Shown here piece by piece: positions 14,711 to 34,248 of a DNA stretch of 64,000 nucleotides; positions within the stretch are counted from its first letter, which is position 1, and each line of letters begins with the position of its first letter. The notes below the pieces were generated by a model, which was given only the letters and a program-made list of their open reading frames with translations, had not been told where the DNA came from and did no database searches. Position numbers and translations under genes: made by a program. The stretch spans positions 7,512,629-7,576,628 of the forward strand of contig CM119265.1 of assembly GCA_051294375.1 (NCBI GenBank), read 5' to 3'. The stretch is from Paraspadella gotoi. Its lineage: Eukaryota; Animalia; Chaetognatha.

Positions 14711-16410
14711 TTCCTTTTTCGAGTTTTTTTTTTTTTTTTGCGGGCCAAAGTCTTAACTTCCGCTTAAAAAAAATTCAACTTACGAAAAAAAAACATCTAC
14801 GGTCACATCTCTCTCTCTTCTCTCTTCTCGTCTCTCTTCTCTCTCTCTCCTCTCATCTCTCTCTCTCTACTGCTCTCTCTCTCTCTCTTCTCGCCCCTCC
14901 CACTCCCACTCCCCATTCTCTGACGCCAACGCTCCATCCTCGCGCCACGCGCATTTTGGCCACGTTTCACACGTCACATCGCGCGCCCCTAAGAAGTATC
15001 GACCGTCGTTGCTTCGGTCGTTCATAACTCAAAACAGCGTCGGTTCCAGTTTTCGCGGTTCATACGACGAACGAGGGGCGAAGAAGACCCGGGAAGGATG
15101 CGGCACGCCCCACTCGACGCCGCCTGTTCCTAGGAGCCCGCTGAACTCTCAAACCCATAAATTTGCGTTCTATCCGATGCGCGTTCACTCACCGAGTCAC
15201 CTCATTCGACTGTCAGGTCTATAAATCACTCACGTTGCCCACTCGCAGCGCAATTCTTACTGACATTACACAACTTAATTTATTTATCAACTAATTAGGC
15301 GTCCCTCACCGATCACTCCTCAACTTCACTCACTCTCACTCACCTCACTCACTCACTCAACGTCACATCACTCACTCACTCACTCACTCAGCTCACTCAT
15401 CACTCACTGTCACAACTCACTCACATAACACACAATCTATCGTTTTACAATAATTGTTTAATTGTGCACTGGGAAAATGCAACAGTTCCCAACTCCTGTT
15501 CACTCCTCGCTTCTTCTTCAATTGCTACATCAATTACATCAACGTTCTTCCGGCCATTTCTCCATCACTCTTATCTCATCATCCGTTAATTCGCGCTTTC
15601 ACACGAGTGCAACCGTATTTGCCTTTAACGCCGCTATCCAGATACGCTACCGTAACCGCCACCCCCCTACGACCCCTGTTTCCCCCGCCGTCGCTATCGT
15701 CGCCGCCGCTGCGAATGGCTTCTCTTGGGACGGCGTTGCCCCGAGATAAACCCCGCAATAAAAACTTAAAGCTTCTTAACTTCGTTGGCGACGCCAAAGC
15801 CTTCTCATTTCTTTACTTTCTTCCTTCTTTCTTCTACTTCCCTTTCTATTTTCTTTTACTTTACTTTCCTTTTTCTCTTTCACTTATTTACGTTATTATT
15901 TAAAACCGATTATCATGAATGTTTCCCGCTTGAAATTTTCTTACTTAAGGTAACTTATTCTCCTTATAGTTTCTACTAAATAACTTCTTCTGTATTTCTC
16001 TCATTTTAATTATATTATTCTATCCTTTTTCTCAGTTTTTTTTCGCTTTCCTATTCCTTTTTTCCTTTCCTTTTTTTTTTACCGCCCCCGCCGCCATTTT
16101 TCCATTACCTGCCAAGCCCGATGTGAAAAAGAGGAAAAGAGGAGATGGATTCAAACTTTGTGAAACAATTATTTTCCTGCTTTCCTCCTCATGTGCTGTT
16201 TTTTCTTAATTAAATTGTTTCTCCTTTTTTTCTCTCATCTTTTATATTTGTTTCTTTTTTTTATTTTTTTCATTCTTCGCGATTTTTTTTTCTCGCTCTT
16301 ACCTCTCGCTCTTCCAATCTTGGCAAAAAGTCCCCGAGTTTTTGTTTTTTGTTTTCTCTTACGGGGAGTTTGTATTATGACTCCCGCGCTCGTTGTGTTT
16401 CCCTTTTTAC

Positions 16411-16458
<48 letters not shown>

Positions 16459-17746
16459 CCTCTCTCTCTCTCTCTCTCTCTTCTCGTCTTCTGTCTCTGC
16501 TTTCTCTCCCCATCTCCCTGGCGATTAAAAAACTTGTCGTATTTTTAAAATTTGTTTTGAGAATATGGTTTTGCTCACAAAAACTGAATTTAGGCCGAGA
16601 CCTTTGTTGTTTGCCAAATTGGCTGGTGATATTTCATTTTAGTATTTAACAACGAAAATTACCGTTCATAAAAAGGAATAATGTTAGTATAATAATCATA
16701 TCATATCACGGATATACACATACAACATATGAAACTTCACCGTGAAGCGTACTCAAAAGAGAGACCCCAGCAAAAAGTCTTATTCCTTCCCAAACTCTTT
16801 CAGTCTTTATTTTCCTGTTTCCCCTTTANNNNNNNNNNNNNNNNNNNNNNNNNTTTTTTTTCTCTTCCCAATTTTCTCTCCTTTTTTCGCTTCGACTTCC
16901 TTATTTTCCGAGATGGTTCTTCCATTTGGCGACTAAGTAAACTGTCTCCTAAGTCGGTTCCTCCGCGGTGCCAGCAGCTGCAGCGCCGAACGTAGCCCGT
17001 AGCGCGCCAGACTGTTTCAGCCGCTGGAGCCCGTTCAAAGTTGACGCCGGGGCCGCGACGCCGGTTCGTTCGACGATTTCGACGCCGACGCCGCCTTTTA
17101 ACGACGCCGCGTCTTATTCGCCCGATGTCCACTAGTTCAAGTCTGTTGCTTTGTGCGATGCCAAAAAAGCGCCGCTCTCCGAGTAGCTCAGACTGAGAGG
17201 TTCTCACTTGGATCCACCGCTTTCCATTTTGACTCGAAATGTCATCGTCACACAGCACGACTCGTCTCACACACACATACACGGTGAAGTTTCAGACTTC
17301 GTCTTCGTCGTTTGACAAGTCAACAGCTTGTAGTTAACAGCTTACAGTCGCTCTGTGTATTAGCGGGCAAATAAATCGATGTAAAACCTATTCCAAGATT
17401 CAGCGACGTCCACATTTACGTAGGAGTTATTTCACAAAGTTCACAGTGAATATTTATGACTTTTAGTAATTACAATAGTACTAAGAGTAAATTCTCTCTT
17501 TCTTGATAAGATTTAAAAAAAAAATTGTACGTAAAGGAAAAAAAAAGTTACCCAATTACTTAATTACTTTCTTTTTTCTCTTCCTATCTTTTTTTTCCCC
17601 TTTCTTCCTTTCCTCTCTTTGATGGTAATCATTCATTCATTCCAACTTCCCCTTCTTTCTCCATCGTTTTTTACCGCGCATTTATTCCCTCGCTGGCACA
17701 TTTCCCTCCCTCTGCACACGGAAGAGTGATCTCTTTCGAGAGAGCG

Positions 17747-17871
<125 letters not shown>

Positions 17872-18000
17872 CTTTTCCGCGCCATGAAGGACCTTCAACG
17901 TTAGGTTCTTCATTAGGAACAACCTGAATCTCTTTTCAGTAGTTTTTTGTATTTTTAACAAATACAACTTTAAAAGTATTTAGCAAAAAATCATACGTTC

Positions 18001-19045
18001 CTATACTACATACAGAAACAGCAAAAAATGAAAAGCAACGAAAAGTATGAGTAAAAGATAAAGGATAATAACAGCTTGTATGCGTTTAAGATTAGCAAGC
18101 TTGTCGTTGTAGTCTTCCAGTGGTTGTTTCGGACACCATCGTTTAGTTCTTTTTCATCTTCGATGTCATCGTCGTCCTTATCACCGTCGTCTTGGTCATC
18201 ACCGTCGTCATTGTCATCACCGTCGTCGTTGACATCACCGTCATCATCGTCGTCATCGTTGTCTTTGTCATCGTCCTCGTCAAAGTTTCACTCAGTGTCG
18301 TCTCATTTATCGACAGACAAACAGTCAACGTACATCCGAACAACGCCACGAGAAGTTTCTCNNNNNNNNNNNNNNNNNNNNNNNNNNNNACGATCATGCC
18401 GACTGATTATTACACTCTCTCAACATTCATTTCGGGATTCTCCATCTTTTCTAAACAAGCCTAAGTACTTCCCTGTGCGTCTCCCTTCTTTTCATGAATC
18501 GGCAGCTTCGGCCGAGATCGCCGCCGAGCAAATCAGTCGGACGACGGCGAATGATTCCCCATAACAATTTACGGGAGCCGAGCGAGAAGTCGACTTTTGC
18601 TGCCCGACAACCAGCGCGACACGACATTGCGGGAAGCCCGACATTCGTTGCACGATCGTTCGCCTGTCGATGTGTCGATGACGCCCTGGTGCCTTGTTCC
18701 GCCCCGAGAACAGTTTTGGCTCGTTTTCGTTGTCGTTGTTGTCGTTGTTGTCGTTGTTCTTTTTCTCCTCGTTACTTTCTTCGTTTACGACTTCATCATC
18801 GTATTGGATGTTCGGTTCCATTGGAATCAAAGTCGCGGATGTCGACGTCTCTGTCTTTTCTGTAGTCGTCGTCGTCGTCATCATCAAAATCATTTGTCGT
18901 CGTTATCGTCTTTCCCGTTGACGTTCTTTTTTTTTGTCGCTGTCGTCGAACTCAACTTTTTCTTCATTGTCATTACCATATTTGTCGTCATCGTCATTTT
19001 TGTCATCTTCGTTGCGACGTTCTTCTGTTCTCGGCCTCATTCTTC

Positions 19046-19082
<37 letters not shown>
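18001..19082 (-). CDS. Probable 3' coding region of an acidic (Asp/Glu/Asn-rich) protein with a C-terminal hydrophobic segment; frameshifted and gapped
   Basis: The minus strand gives EDDKNDDDDKYGNDNEEKVEFDD, YDDEVVNEESNEEKKNNDNND and NFDEDDDKDNDDDDDDGDVNDDGDD...IEDEKEL. After a 1-nt shift it reads LEDYNDKLANLKRIQAVIILYLLLILFVAFHFLLFLYVV*, with the stop at 18001-18003. The codon-level variation is richer than in a pure microsatellite. Confidence 0.45.
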
Positions 19083-19157
19083 NNNNNNNNNNNNNNNNNN
19101 NNNNNNNNNNNNNNNNNNNNNNNNNNNNNNNNNNNNNNNNNNNNNNNNNNNNNNNNN

Positions 19158-19193
<36 letters not shown>

Positions 19194-19352
19194 CCCCGTT
19201 GCCCTTTTTAAATAAAATCCCGAGTCGTATTTGAATTTCAAGGCGCCGGGCGAAGCGCCGCCTGGGAGGTCAGGACGGAAAGAAAAGGGAAAGAAAAAGG
19301 GAAAAAAAAGGAAGAGGGAAAAAGATGGAGGATCGTGAAAAGGAAATAAGGG

Positions 19353-19459
<107 letters not shown>

Positions 19460-20153
19460 CTGCAAATGAAATGAAATAAAGTTGAAGTCGAATTTGGAAT
19501 CGAAAAAAGAATCGGATTCAGGGAAGAAGAAATTTATTTTAAATTTAGTTATATTTTATTTTGAAGAAAATTTTATCGATTGGATTTCTGAACCTAAAAA
19601 CTTTTTATTTAAATTTTCGTGCAATTTTTTAAATTTTGTTTGTCAGCGCCGGAAGGTATTCAAATTTTTTTAAAAACAAGTTTTTCAGTTATTACTGTAT
19701 ATGAATCTTCGGTTTAAACTTTAAAAAGTAAGTTGAGTAAGTTAAGTAGAGATGAAATCGACTTGGGAACAAGAAAGAAAACAAGAAGAGGGTGAGTTAA
19801 ACGAAAGAATAAGAAGTTAAAGAACGGATCATTCGAACAAACTCACTCTCTGTCTCTGTCTCTCTGTCTCTCTTTCTCTCTTTCTCTCTCTCTCTCTCNN
19901 NNNNNNNNNNNNNNNNNNNNNNNNNNNNNNNNNNNNNNNNNNNNNNNNNNNNNNNNNNNNNNNNNNNNNNNNNNNNNNNNNNNNNNNNNNNNNNNNNNNN
20001 NNNNNNNNNNNNNNNNNNNNNNNNNNNNNNNNNNNNNNNNNNNNNNNNNNNNNNNNNNNNNNNNNNNNNNNNNNNNNNNNNNNNNNNNNNNNNNNNNNNN
20101 NNNNNNNNNNNNNNNNNNNNNNNNNNNNNNNNNNNNNNNNNNNNATTTTCAAA

Positions 20154-20285
20154 ATGTCGAAATCAACTACAAAACTCGAAAGTCGCTCTGATAGTCGGAG
20201 CCGATGTAAGCAAAAGAAAAAGAGACCGAATATAAAAGCGAATCTTGAACTGGTGAAGTCCTTGGGTGCGCACTTACCTCTCAAG
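20154..20285 (+). CDS. Candidate short first coding exon (44 codons)
   Basis: caaaATG...MSKSTTKLESRSDSRSRCKQKKKRPNIKANLELVKSLGAHLPLK followed by AAG|GTAAGG. No homology recognised; an opposite-strand donor overlaps at about 20271-20279. Confidence 0.25.
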
Positions 20286-20536
20286 GTAAGGGAATAAGGA
20301 TTGCCTTCAAGATTGAGAAGCGAAAAGCTCAAGGAAAAAAAGGGAACGATAGATATAAAACTCCGAATAAGGAAATAAAGGAGAGAATAAAGGCCTCACT
20401 TTTTCAACCATTAAACTTGCAACAGAAACTGAGGTGGGGATCTGAACACGAAAACCTTTTTTGATTGCTTCTTTTCGCGCTTGGTTGCTTGGTTGCTTGC
20501 TTTCTTCCCCTTCTTTCTTTCTTTTTTCTTTATTTA

Positions 20537-20570
<34 letters not shown>

Positions 20571-23478
20571 TTTTTCTTTCTTTCTTTTTTTCTTTTAAGT
20601 TTTAAATATGAAATAGATAAAGTCCGTGACGACCACACCAGTGGAAGAGAGAAGAGGAAAAAGCGTGAATGCTGTGAATCAAGGAGTGAAAAAGAAAGTG
20701 AACGAATGTGAAAAGTAAAATAAAAAATTGACAATCTTGGTCATTCCGAAACAAAAAGTTGACACTGAAAAAAGAACTACAAAGACAACGACGACGACAA
20801 CGACAACGACAACGACAACGACGNNNNNNNNNNNNNNNNNNNNNNNNNNNNNNNNNNNNNNNNNNNNNNNNNNNNNNNNNNNNNNNNNNNNNNNNNNNNN
20901 NNNNNNNNNNNNNNNNNNNNNNNNNNNNNNNNNNNNNNNNNNNNNNNNNNNNNNNNNNNNNNNNNNNNNNNNNNNNNNNNNNNNNNNNNNNNNNNNNNNN
21001 NNNNNNNNNNNNNNNNNNNNNNNNNNNNNNNNNNNNNNNNNNNNNNNNNNNNNNNNNNNNNNNNNNNNNNTCTCTCTGTATTTCGCTTTCGAACCGAAAA
21101 AAAAATGTATATAAAAAAAGAAATAAGAGATTTTTTCCTCCTTTTCATTTCATCTGTGGGATCGTTGATGGATATAAATGTCCCCGAGAGACCATTTTGA
21201 CACTTTGGGATCCTCCCCCCCGCCGAGCGCGGCCACCAGCGCCCCGTTCTACCAACCTTCTCCAGCTGGGCCACGGTCTCACCACTCTCACGACCACTTT
21301 TCCTCCGTCCACCCTCACTTTCCCTAACTCACTTACCCTCCATCGCTAATTTCTCAATCACCAAGCAACTTCCCCTCTTCCTATCCCGCGCAAGAAGACG
21401 CGACCCGCGTGATTCGGCGTCACTTAATTCTTTGTAACTTCTTGAATTGTGATTAGACCTTGCGTCAGAGTCAATACCGTTGTCGGTCGTTCCGTAGTTT
21501 TTGAGAGGCTTATGGGCCTTTATTGGTGTCTCTCTCTCTCTCTCTCNNNNNNNNNNNNNNNNNNNNNNNNNNNNNNNNNNNNNNNNNNNNNNNNNNNNNN
21601 NNNNNNNNNNNNNNNNNNNNNNNNNNNNNNNNNNNNNNNNNNNNNNNNNNNNNNNNNNNNNNNNNNNNNNNNNNNNNNNNNNNNNNNNNNNNNNNNNNNN
21701 NNNNNNNNNNNNNNNNNNNNNNNNNNNNNNNNNNNNNNNNNNNNNNNNNNNNNNNNNNNNNNNNNNNNNNNNNNNNNNNNNNNNNNNNNNNNNNNNNNNN
21801 NNNAAGAAGGGAAAAAATGGAGAGAAATGGCAAAAAATGGATCAAGAAAATATGAAAAGGAAATTGATAATTTGAATGTGGAAATAGAAGAGGAAAAAGG
21901 GGGAGTAGAAAATTGAAAATAAAAAATCGAAAAAAAAATATAGGAGATTCGGATTAAAATTAGGAGAACGAAGAAATAAGGGAACTGGGAAAAAGAAAGG
22001 AGAAAAGTAATGAGGAATAAAGGAAGATGCTACTTTAAGGAAAATATAGATGGGAAAAAGATAAATAAATAAATAAATAAATAAATAAATAGATAAATAA
22101 AAAAAATAATAATAGAAAAAAAAGGAGGAGGAAAGAAGGATACAAGAAAAGGGACGACGTCTTAAGAAAAGGATAAAAAAGGGAAAAAGGGAAAAGAAAT
22201 AAATAAAAAGGAAAATGGAAAATGTTGGAAAAGATATGGCAAAGGGAATCCCTCACGCAGTCGGCAAAGGATAGTGGCCAGGCGACGCGGGCTTCGTGGT
22301 GGAGAATTGGTGACGAATTTTTTCGGGTTCAAACTGGGTTCTTAAGATTGTGTCCCTTTCGATTACCATCGCTGAGGAGTCGAGACTCAATTTTTTTCCG
22401 ATGATCGATAACCGATGGACTCAGGGCGTTATATTGGCGCGCCGTTGAGGGGAAGGGGAAAAAAGGGGGTAGAAATTGGGGAACGGAAATGGGGAAGAAA
22501 ATGCACGGATCACGGGGGAAAGAGGGAGGAATTGGGGAATATGCGGAATCAATGTCACAAGAAACAGAAAGTCCGGTATAAAATATGTTAATGCGATTAT
22601 AATATTAATATTAAATATAAGATTTATCTTATAGTGAAACGCATGCGAAGCAATTTTTATATTATACAAAGATAACTATATAATGTCAAAAAATATTTTT
22701 TAGTAAATTTTGATTTTTTTTTATTAGATTCTGATAGAGCTTGAAAAGTTAGATGAAGGTTATTATTACAACGTTTTGAAATTTTAATGATTTATTCATG
22801 GAAATTAATAAATAATAACTATAAAATTTAGTAAATGATGATGATGATGATTTTTTAAAAGTTTTTTTTTCAAATTTTAGCCCATTTATCAAAAAAAATT
22901 TCTAAATTTTTAATACTAACCTTTATCTAACTTTTTAATCTTTATCAGAATCCCTTTTTAAATTTTTTTAAGCATTTCTTATATCTTTTTAAATATTAAA
23001 ACGCTTCCATGCATGAGGAAAATTAATTCAATATCTAACATCATAGGTCAATTTGGTTTGTAAAAGGACAAAAGACTTTTATTGCCGACTTTTTCATATT
23101 GTAAAAAATGTTAAATTCTGGCCCGCCTTATTGAGGAATAGAAATGGAGGAGAAGAATTTGGGATGAGGTGGTCAAGAAAGATACATTGGATATTGGGAA
23201 AGACGAAGAAAACTGCCGATTAAAGGGGGGGGGGGAGAAACGCGAGCTTTTTTATATGAATGAGAATTAATCTGTGGAACATTGCGGATTTCAATTGCGG
23301 ATTTCAATTGCGGATTTCAATTGCGGATTTTGTCGATTGGCGTTGAATCGTTGATCGATTATCTTCTTTTTGGTTTCTTTGCTTTTGTCTGTTAGATTAT
23401 TTCATTCATTTTGCCTTTTCTCCCAATTTATATTTCTTTTTTTCTTTCTTTCTTTCTTTCTTTCTTTNNNNNNNNNNT

Positions 23479-23513
<35 letters not shown>

Positions 23514-23569
23514 CGCCGATGACATATCCAATTATCCATTCACTTTTGAAAAGACATGAGTCACATTTT

Positions 23570-23720
23570 TATTCATTCATTCATTCATTTCCTTCCTTCA
23601 TTCATTCATTCATTCATTCATTCATTCATTCATTCATTCATTCATTCATTCATTCATTCATTCATTCATTCATTCATATATTCATTCATTCATTCATTCA
23701 TTTATTCATTCAATTCATTC
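23570..23720. repeat. (CATT)n microsatellite
   Basis: Direct inspection. Confidence 0.95.
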
Positions 23721-23989
23721 CTTCCAACACTCGATCGTGACTCAAACGACGGCATCGCGCCTCAGATTCTTTCGCTTTCGACGAGAGCGTTTTGTCAAAA
23801 AGCGTGAATGATGTCCTCACTTCATCATCGCCGGGGATAAAAGGGGTGGGTGGGGGATGAGAGGTAAGGAGGAGAGGTGAGGCTGAGGTGAGTTATAAAA
23901 AAAGGGAGGTGAGTTCGGAGAAGAATCGAGGAGGAATGAAAGAATAAAGAGAGATTGGAAAAATGGAATGAAACTGGGTAAGTTGTTTG

Positions 23990-24215
23990 TTAGAGGTGAG
24001 GTTTTAGTTATTGTTGTTGTTGACGAGTTGGCGGAGATGCAGTTGTTGTTGTTGACGATGTTGTCGTTGTTGTCGACGACTTTGATCGCGAATGGATCGA
24101 GTGATTCCTCAGGAATTCCGGTTGGCGAGAGGCCAGGTTCCTCTGTTCGTGAGCGAACTTCAGCGCCGTGAAAGGTGAGAGGGTTTAATCGGCCAGGGCT
24201 TCTTTTTTTCATGTT
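23990..24215 (-). CDS. Candidate exon of an unidentified gene
   Basis: Acceptor ccattttag| followed by the open frame NMKKRSPGRLNPLTFHGAEVRSRTEEPGLSPTGIPEESLDPFAIKVVDNNDNIVNNNN... The 3' end is uncertain. Confidence 0.35.
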
Positions 24216-24489
24216 CTAAAATGGCCAACAATTAACAATTAACAATTAACAATTAACAATTAACAAACAAGAAGAAAAGACAGTCGATTGAAAAGACGTA
24301 AAAGCACGCAAATGACATGGAGTATTTAAATGACTAATGACTAATGACTAATAAATATTGACTAAACATTTAAAATTATGAATTATCTAATTAAAAAAAC
24401 TACCTCAAGACTATCTAATAAGATATAACTGACGTCAATATGTATATAAGAGAATAATATTCACGGACTAAAGTAATTGCTTTTTGGTT

Positions 24490-24790
24490 CAGTTTCCGAT
24501 CTCGAGTTTTTGACCTTCAGGGGTCAAGGTTCGATCCGTTGCTAGGCAGCTGCATGCCGTTGATTTCTTTTTTTTTTGAGCGAGAGCAGTTGAAAGATTC
24601 AACACCTCAGATCTCCTCTTCCTCCTCCTCCTCTTCCTGCTCTTCTTCCTCATCCTCCTCCTCTTCCTCTGATCCAAATCGTGAACTCAAATCGACCAGA
24701 GATCTTTTGAACTTTCGGAGCAGCGACAAACCGTCTGACCCCGAGCCGGATTCTCTTAAGGTCCATGGATAGTTTGCCAGTTCTGCTCTG
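24490..24790 (-). CDS. Coding-like segment with a poly-Glu tract
   Basis: Reads AELANYPWTLRESGSGSDGLSLLRKFKRSLVDLSSRFGSEEEEEDEEEEQEEEEEEEEI, then stops or errors. Splice sites are not clear. Confidence 0.3.
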
Positions 24791-24791
24791 G

Positions 24792-24864
<73 letters not shown>

Positions 24865-24975
24865 TTAAATTTATACTTCTTCTTCAGTCAAAGAGAAAAG
24901 AAAAAAAATCGATATTTTTTTTCTCTGTGCTAAACCAAACAGACAGTAAGAAAGAAAAAGCAAGAGAGAGAGAGA

Positions 24976-25034
<59 letters not shown>

Positions 25035-26455
25035 GAGAGAGAGAGAGAGGAGGCGAGAGACATTCAATTCAAAACAGTTTTATTTCGTTTTCCAACTATT
25101 TAATTTTTTTCTTTTTATTTTTTCTTCCAAGAAATGAAGCTTCTATTCAAAGTTTGCGGAGTTTTGAGAATTTTCCCCTTTCTCTTTCAGACGCCTTTCT
25201 TGCTCTCTCTCTCTCTGTCTCATTATCTCCGACACCCTCTCCATCCCGCCACCCAACACTTTTACAACCCTTTTCCGTGAGAAGATTTATTTTCCCTTTC
25301 CTCGTGTACGATCTTTCTCGCTTCTCGCTCCTATTCATTCTCTTACTTTTTTTTTCTGGTTCTCTCCCCTTTATATCTTTTTACGCTTCTCATCGTCCGT
25401 TTCTCTCTCTCTCTCTCTCTTTTTCTTTCTCTCTCCCTCTCGCTCTCTTACTCTCTCTCATTCTGACTCTAACTTCCTTACTATTAATTCATTTCTTACT
25501 TTGTATGTTGTTATTTTTCACGATTTTGAGGCGCGTCTCGTACTATTTTAATTTTTAGTTTTATCTTTTTATTCGATTCTTATCTTTCTATTTAAATTCG
25601 ATCTAAATTCGAATGTAAATTTCCTGTTTTACAAATTGGGAATGAGAATGTTTTCTACTACCATCACTACATTTGTTGAATTCCGGCTAATTCTTACTTA
25701 ATCAGAGTTTGTATCTTTTCATTTCATTGAAATCGTAATCAAAAGTATTTCATCTTTCACTCAATTTAACTATTTTTATCTTTCCTTTTCTAACCTTTTT
25801 GGCTCCAACTTAATTACAATTTATACAATAACCGCTTTCATTTCTAAACCACCAAGTTGTCTCGGTTTTTCTTTATCCTACCCCCGGCAAAAAAAAGCGG
25901 CGATTGGTTGAAATTGGCTTCCGACTGCAGCGCCACAAAACGACGACGGCGCACGCGAGAAAAAAAAAGGGAATCGAGATCCGGCGAATTCGAATGTATT
26001 TTGGCGGGAAACGAAATCACTTGAAATTCCCCGCCGATTCTCTCTTTTATCGGTTCCTCTGAATTTTAGCCTCGGCGTGGGGAAGGGGGGGGGCGTATCT
26101 AATCTCGATGCAAAATGCAAATTAACCAGAGCCTCAATTGCGGCGTCTCGATGAGCAAAGCAAAGTTGGTCGAGATTTCGATTGCTGGGAGATTTCTCTT
26201 GTCTCGCCACGTCGAAACAAAAAAGTTAACTCAATCCGATATAGTATTACGTAAAATGTACAATGTACATCCGAAAGTGGTCGTACGGATTCCACATCTG
26301 GATCGCTTTACTGGATGCCACTGTCAAAAGACTTATCTCCTCAAGTAAGGCTGGGATTCTCTGTTGTTGAGCGTTTTTAGATTAAGAATCAAATTGAGAC
26401 TGAGTCATGTCCTGATTACGAAGAGAAACGGAGGTAGAGAGAGAGAGAGAGATAA

Positions 26456-31628
<5,173 letters not shown>

Positions 31629-32489
31629 NNNNNNNNNNNNNNNNNNNNNNNNNGAGAAAAATAACTGGTTGATTGTCAGCTAAATCATTTTTTTAAAAGT
31701 TTTTTCCCCTGCGAGTTTTCCCAATAGGATGATTTTTTTTTCAAAACAAGTATTATTATTTTCGTTGAATTAAATATATTAATCCGAAAACTAATTAAAC
31801 GATCACGCGGAGTCTCATTTCAAAATTTTTTCGCGCGCCCTTTTTTCGAGGAAGATCGACAAGCCGCCTCCTCAAACAGACTCGGCCGCGTGGAAACCGA
31901 TTTTTCCCCTTTTTTATTTTTATCAATTTTTATTTAATTCATACGTGTTTTATTTTTTTTATTATTCGTTGTTTTTTTTTTGTTTTATTTTTGACGTCGC
32001 GATTCGCGCGGGGAGAAGAACGATGGCGCCACGAGTCCGGCTCCAAGATGGGCTTCCGGGTTTTTTTTCCAAGATGGCGCCCGACGCGTCGAATCGTTTT
32101 CAGGTTCTTCAAAAAAATGGCGTCACTGAGAGACGAGCGGCATTTGGAAACATGCGGCGCAACCGAACGACGACGAAAGGAATAAAGAACAACTGGAAAA
32201 CAGCGGGAAAAAAGGAACGAGAGGGAAAATCACGTTAAATGACGGCTGGGCTGGTGGGTGCAAAATTGAAACGATACAGAACGAATTGGGAAAACGAGAG
32301 AGAGAGAGAGAGAGAAAGGAGAGAGGAGAGAGAGAGGAGAGAGAATGAGAGGAGAGAGAGAGAGGAAGACAGAGATAGGTAGGAGAGAGAGAGAGAGAGA
32401 GAGAGAGGAATGAGAGGAAGACAGAGACAGAGATAGTGAGTTGAAAAAAATTTCACTAAAAATCACGCGGAAAGAAAAAACAAGATGCA

Positions 32490-33000
32490 GTTGTCGTCTT
32501 AATCGTCGTCGTTGTCGTGTCTTAATCGTCGTCGTTTTGTCGTCGTGTCGTACGTCTTTAATCGTCGTCGTTGTCGTCGTCTTAATCGTACGTCGTTTCG
32601 TCGTTGGCGGTCGTCTTAATCGTCGTCCGTTGTGGTCGTCTAATCGTCGTCGTTGTCGTCGTTTAATCGTTCGTCGTTGTCGTCGTTCTTAATCGTCCGT
32701 CCGTTGTCGTCGTTTGTCGTCGTCTTAATCGTCGTCGTTGTCGTCGTTGTCGTCTCTTCGTTGTCGTCGTCTTTAATCGTTGTCGTCGTCTTAATCGTCG
32801 TCTGTTGTTCGTCGGTCTTAATCGTCGTCGTTGTGTCGTTCTATCGTCGTCGTTGTCGTCGTCTTAAATCGTCGTCGTTTGTCCGTCGTCTTAATCGTCG
32901 TCGTGCTGTCGTCCGTTGGTCGTCCGTCTTATCGTTGTCGTCGTCGTTGGCGTCGTGTCGTCGTCTTAATCGTCGTCGTTTGTCGTCGTCTTAATCGTAC
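32490..33000 (+). repeat. ~24 bp satellite (cgtcgtcgttgtcgtcgtcttaat)n; copies at 35810-36300, 41470-41980 and 44860-45330
   Basis: Periodic cttaat motif embedded in (gtc)n. It is part of segment B. Confidence 0.9.
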
Positions 33001-34248
33001 GTCGTCATTGTCATCTGCTGTTTTCATCGTCGAATATTTTCTCGGATTTTTTGCCACCGTCAACTTTCCTTCACTTTCGTTCTCTCTTCGTTTTTGTTTT
33101 TTTGTTTTTTGTTTTTGTTTTTTTTGTTTTTGTTTTTTTGTCTTCATCTTGATCGTCGTTCCATGGAGACGAATTAAATCGGAAAAACGAGGCGGAAAAA
33201 GATCGGCAATTCTTTTCTTCTTTTTCTGCGTCGACGCAGAAAGGGTCAATCTTCGAGTTCAAAGAAATCCAGCGCAACAAAAAAAAAAAAAAATTAAGAA
33301 AGGAAATATTAATAATGTTTGAACGCAATATGGAATTACCACCGTAGGCATAATTCAACGCAACAACAATAGACATTAGGTAATAAATTAATAAAAAACA
33401 CAATTTAAAGAAAAAACCATCCTCGTAATATATTTGACGAACCAAAGTCGACCGAGGACGTTTTTATTTTCGACGTAATATTCGCGCGTCAAATAAATTT
33501 CATTTTACTGGGCCTAATTTAGCTTCGAGGAGAAAAAAAAAAAGAAAAGAAGAGAAAAAAAAAGGAGAGGAAAATGAAAATATTTTAATGAGAGTTGTGA
33601 AAAAGAAGAGAGTGGGAAGGAAGGGGAAGGGAAGGGCGAGAGAGAGGGAGAGAGAGGAGAGAGAGAGAGAGAGAAGAGACGATGGAGAGAGAGAGAGAGG
33701 ACGAGAGGACGAGGAGAGAGAGAGAGACTATGTAAAAAAATTCTAGTAGGCATTTTAGAACCAAGTTTGCGCAATATGCATTCAAAATCGTCTCACATTC
33801 TTACATTTAATTTTTTTTATTTTTAATATATTATTTAACTAAGAGAAAGAAAGAAGAAGGAGGAAGGAAGGAAGGAAAGAGAAGGAAGGAAGGAAGGAAG
33901 GAAGGAAGAAGGGGAAGGGAGAAGGAAGGAAGGGGAAGGAAGGAAGGAAGGAAGGATGAAGGAAAGACGAAAAGAACGAGAAGAACACGAAGGAACGAAC
34001 AAACGAACGAACGGCGCGAACGAACGAACAAAAAACACACACGAACGAACAAACGAAACCAAAACTAACGAACGTAGAACGTAGCCCCTTGAATCGGAAA
34101 CACCCAGCGCAACCCTCTTCTCTCCCATTCTGCACTCCACCGTTCCGAATCGGCGACTCGTCCTCGTCGGACGGACGAATAGGGTTCCTTTAGTCGTCGT
34201 TGTTGTTGTTCGTGTTGCTCCGTTCTCTCGGTCGCGCCGCTCGTCAAA

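Noticed and set aside
22250-22450. Possible minus-strand exon (MVIERDTILRTQFEPEKIRHQF...)
   Set aside because: Short, no acceptor and no recognisable homology; insufficient support.
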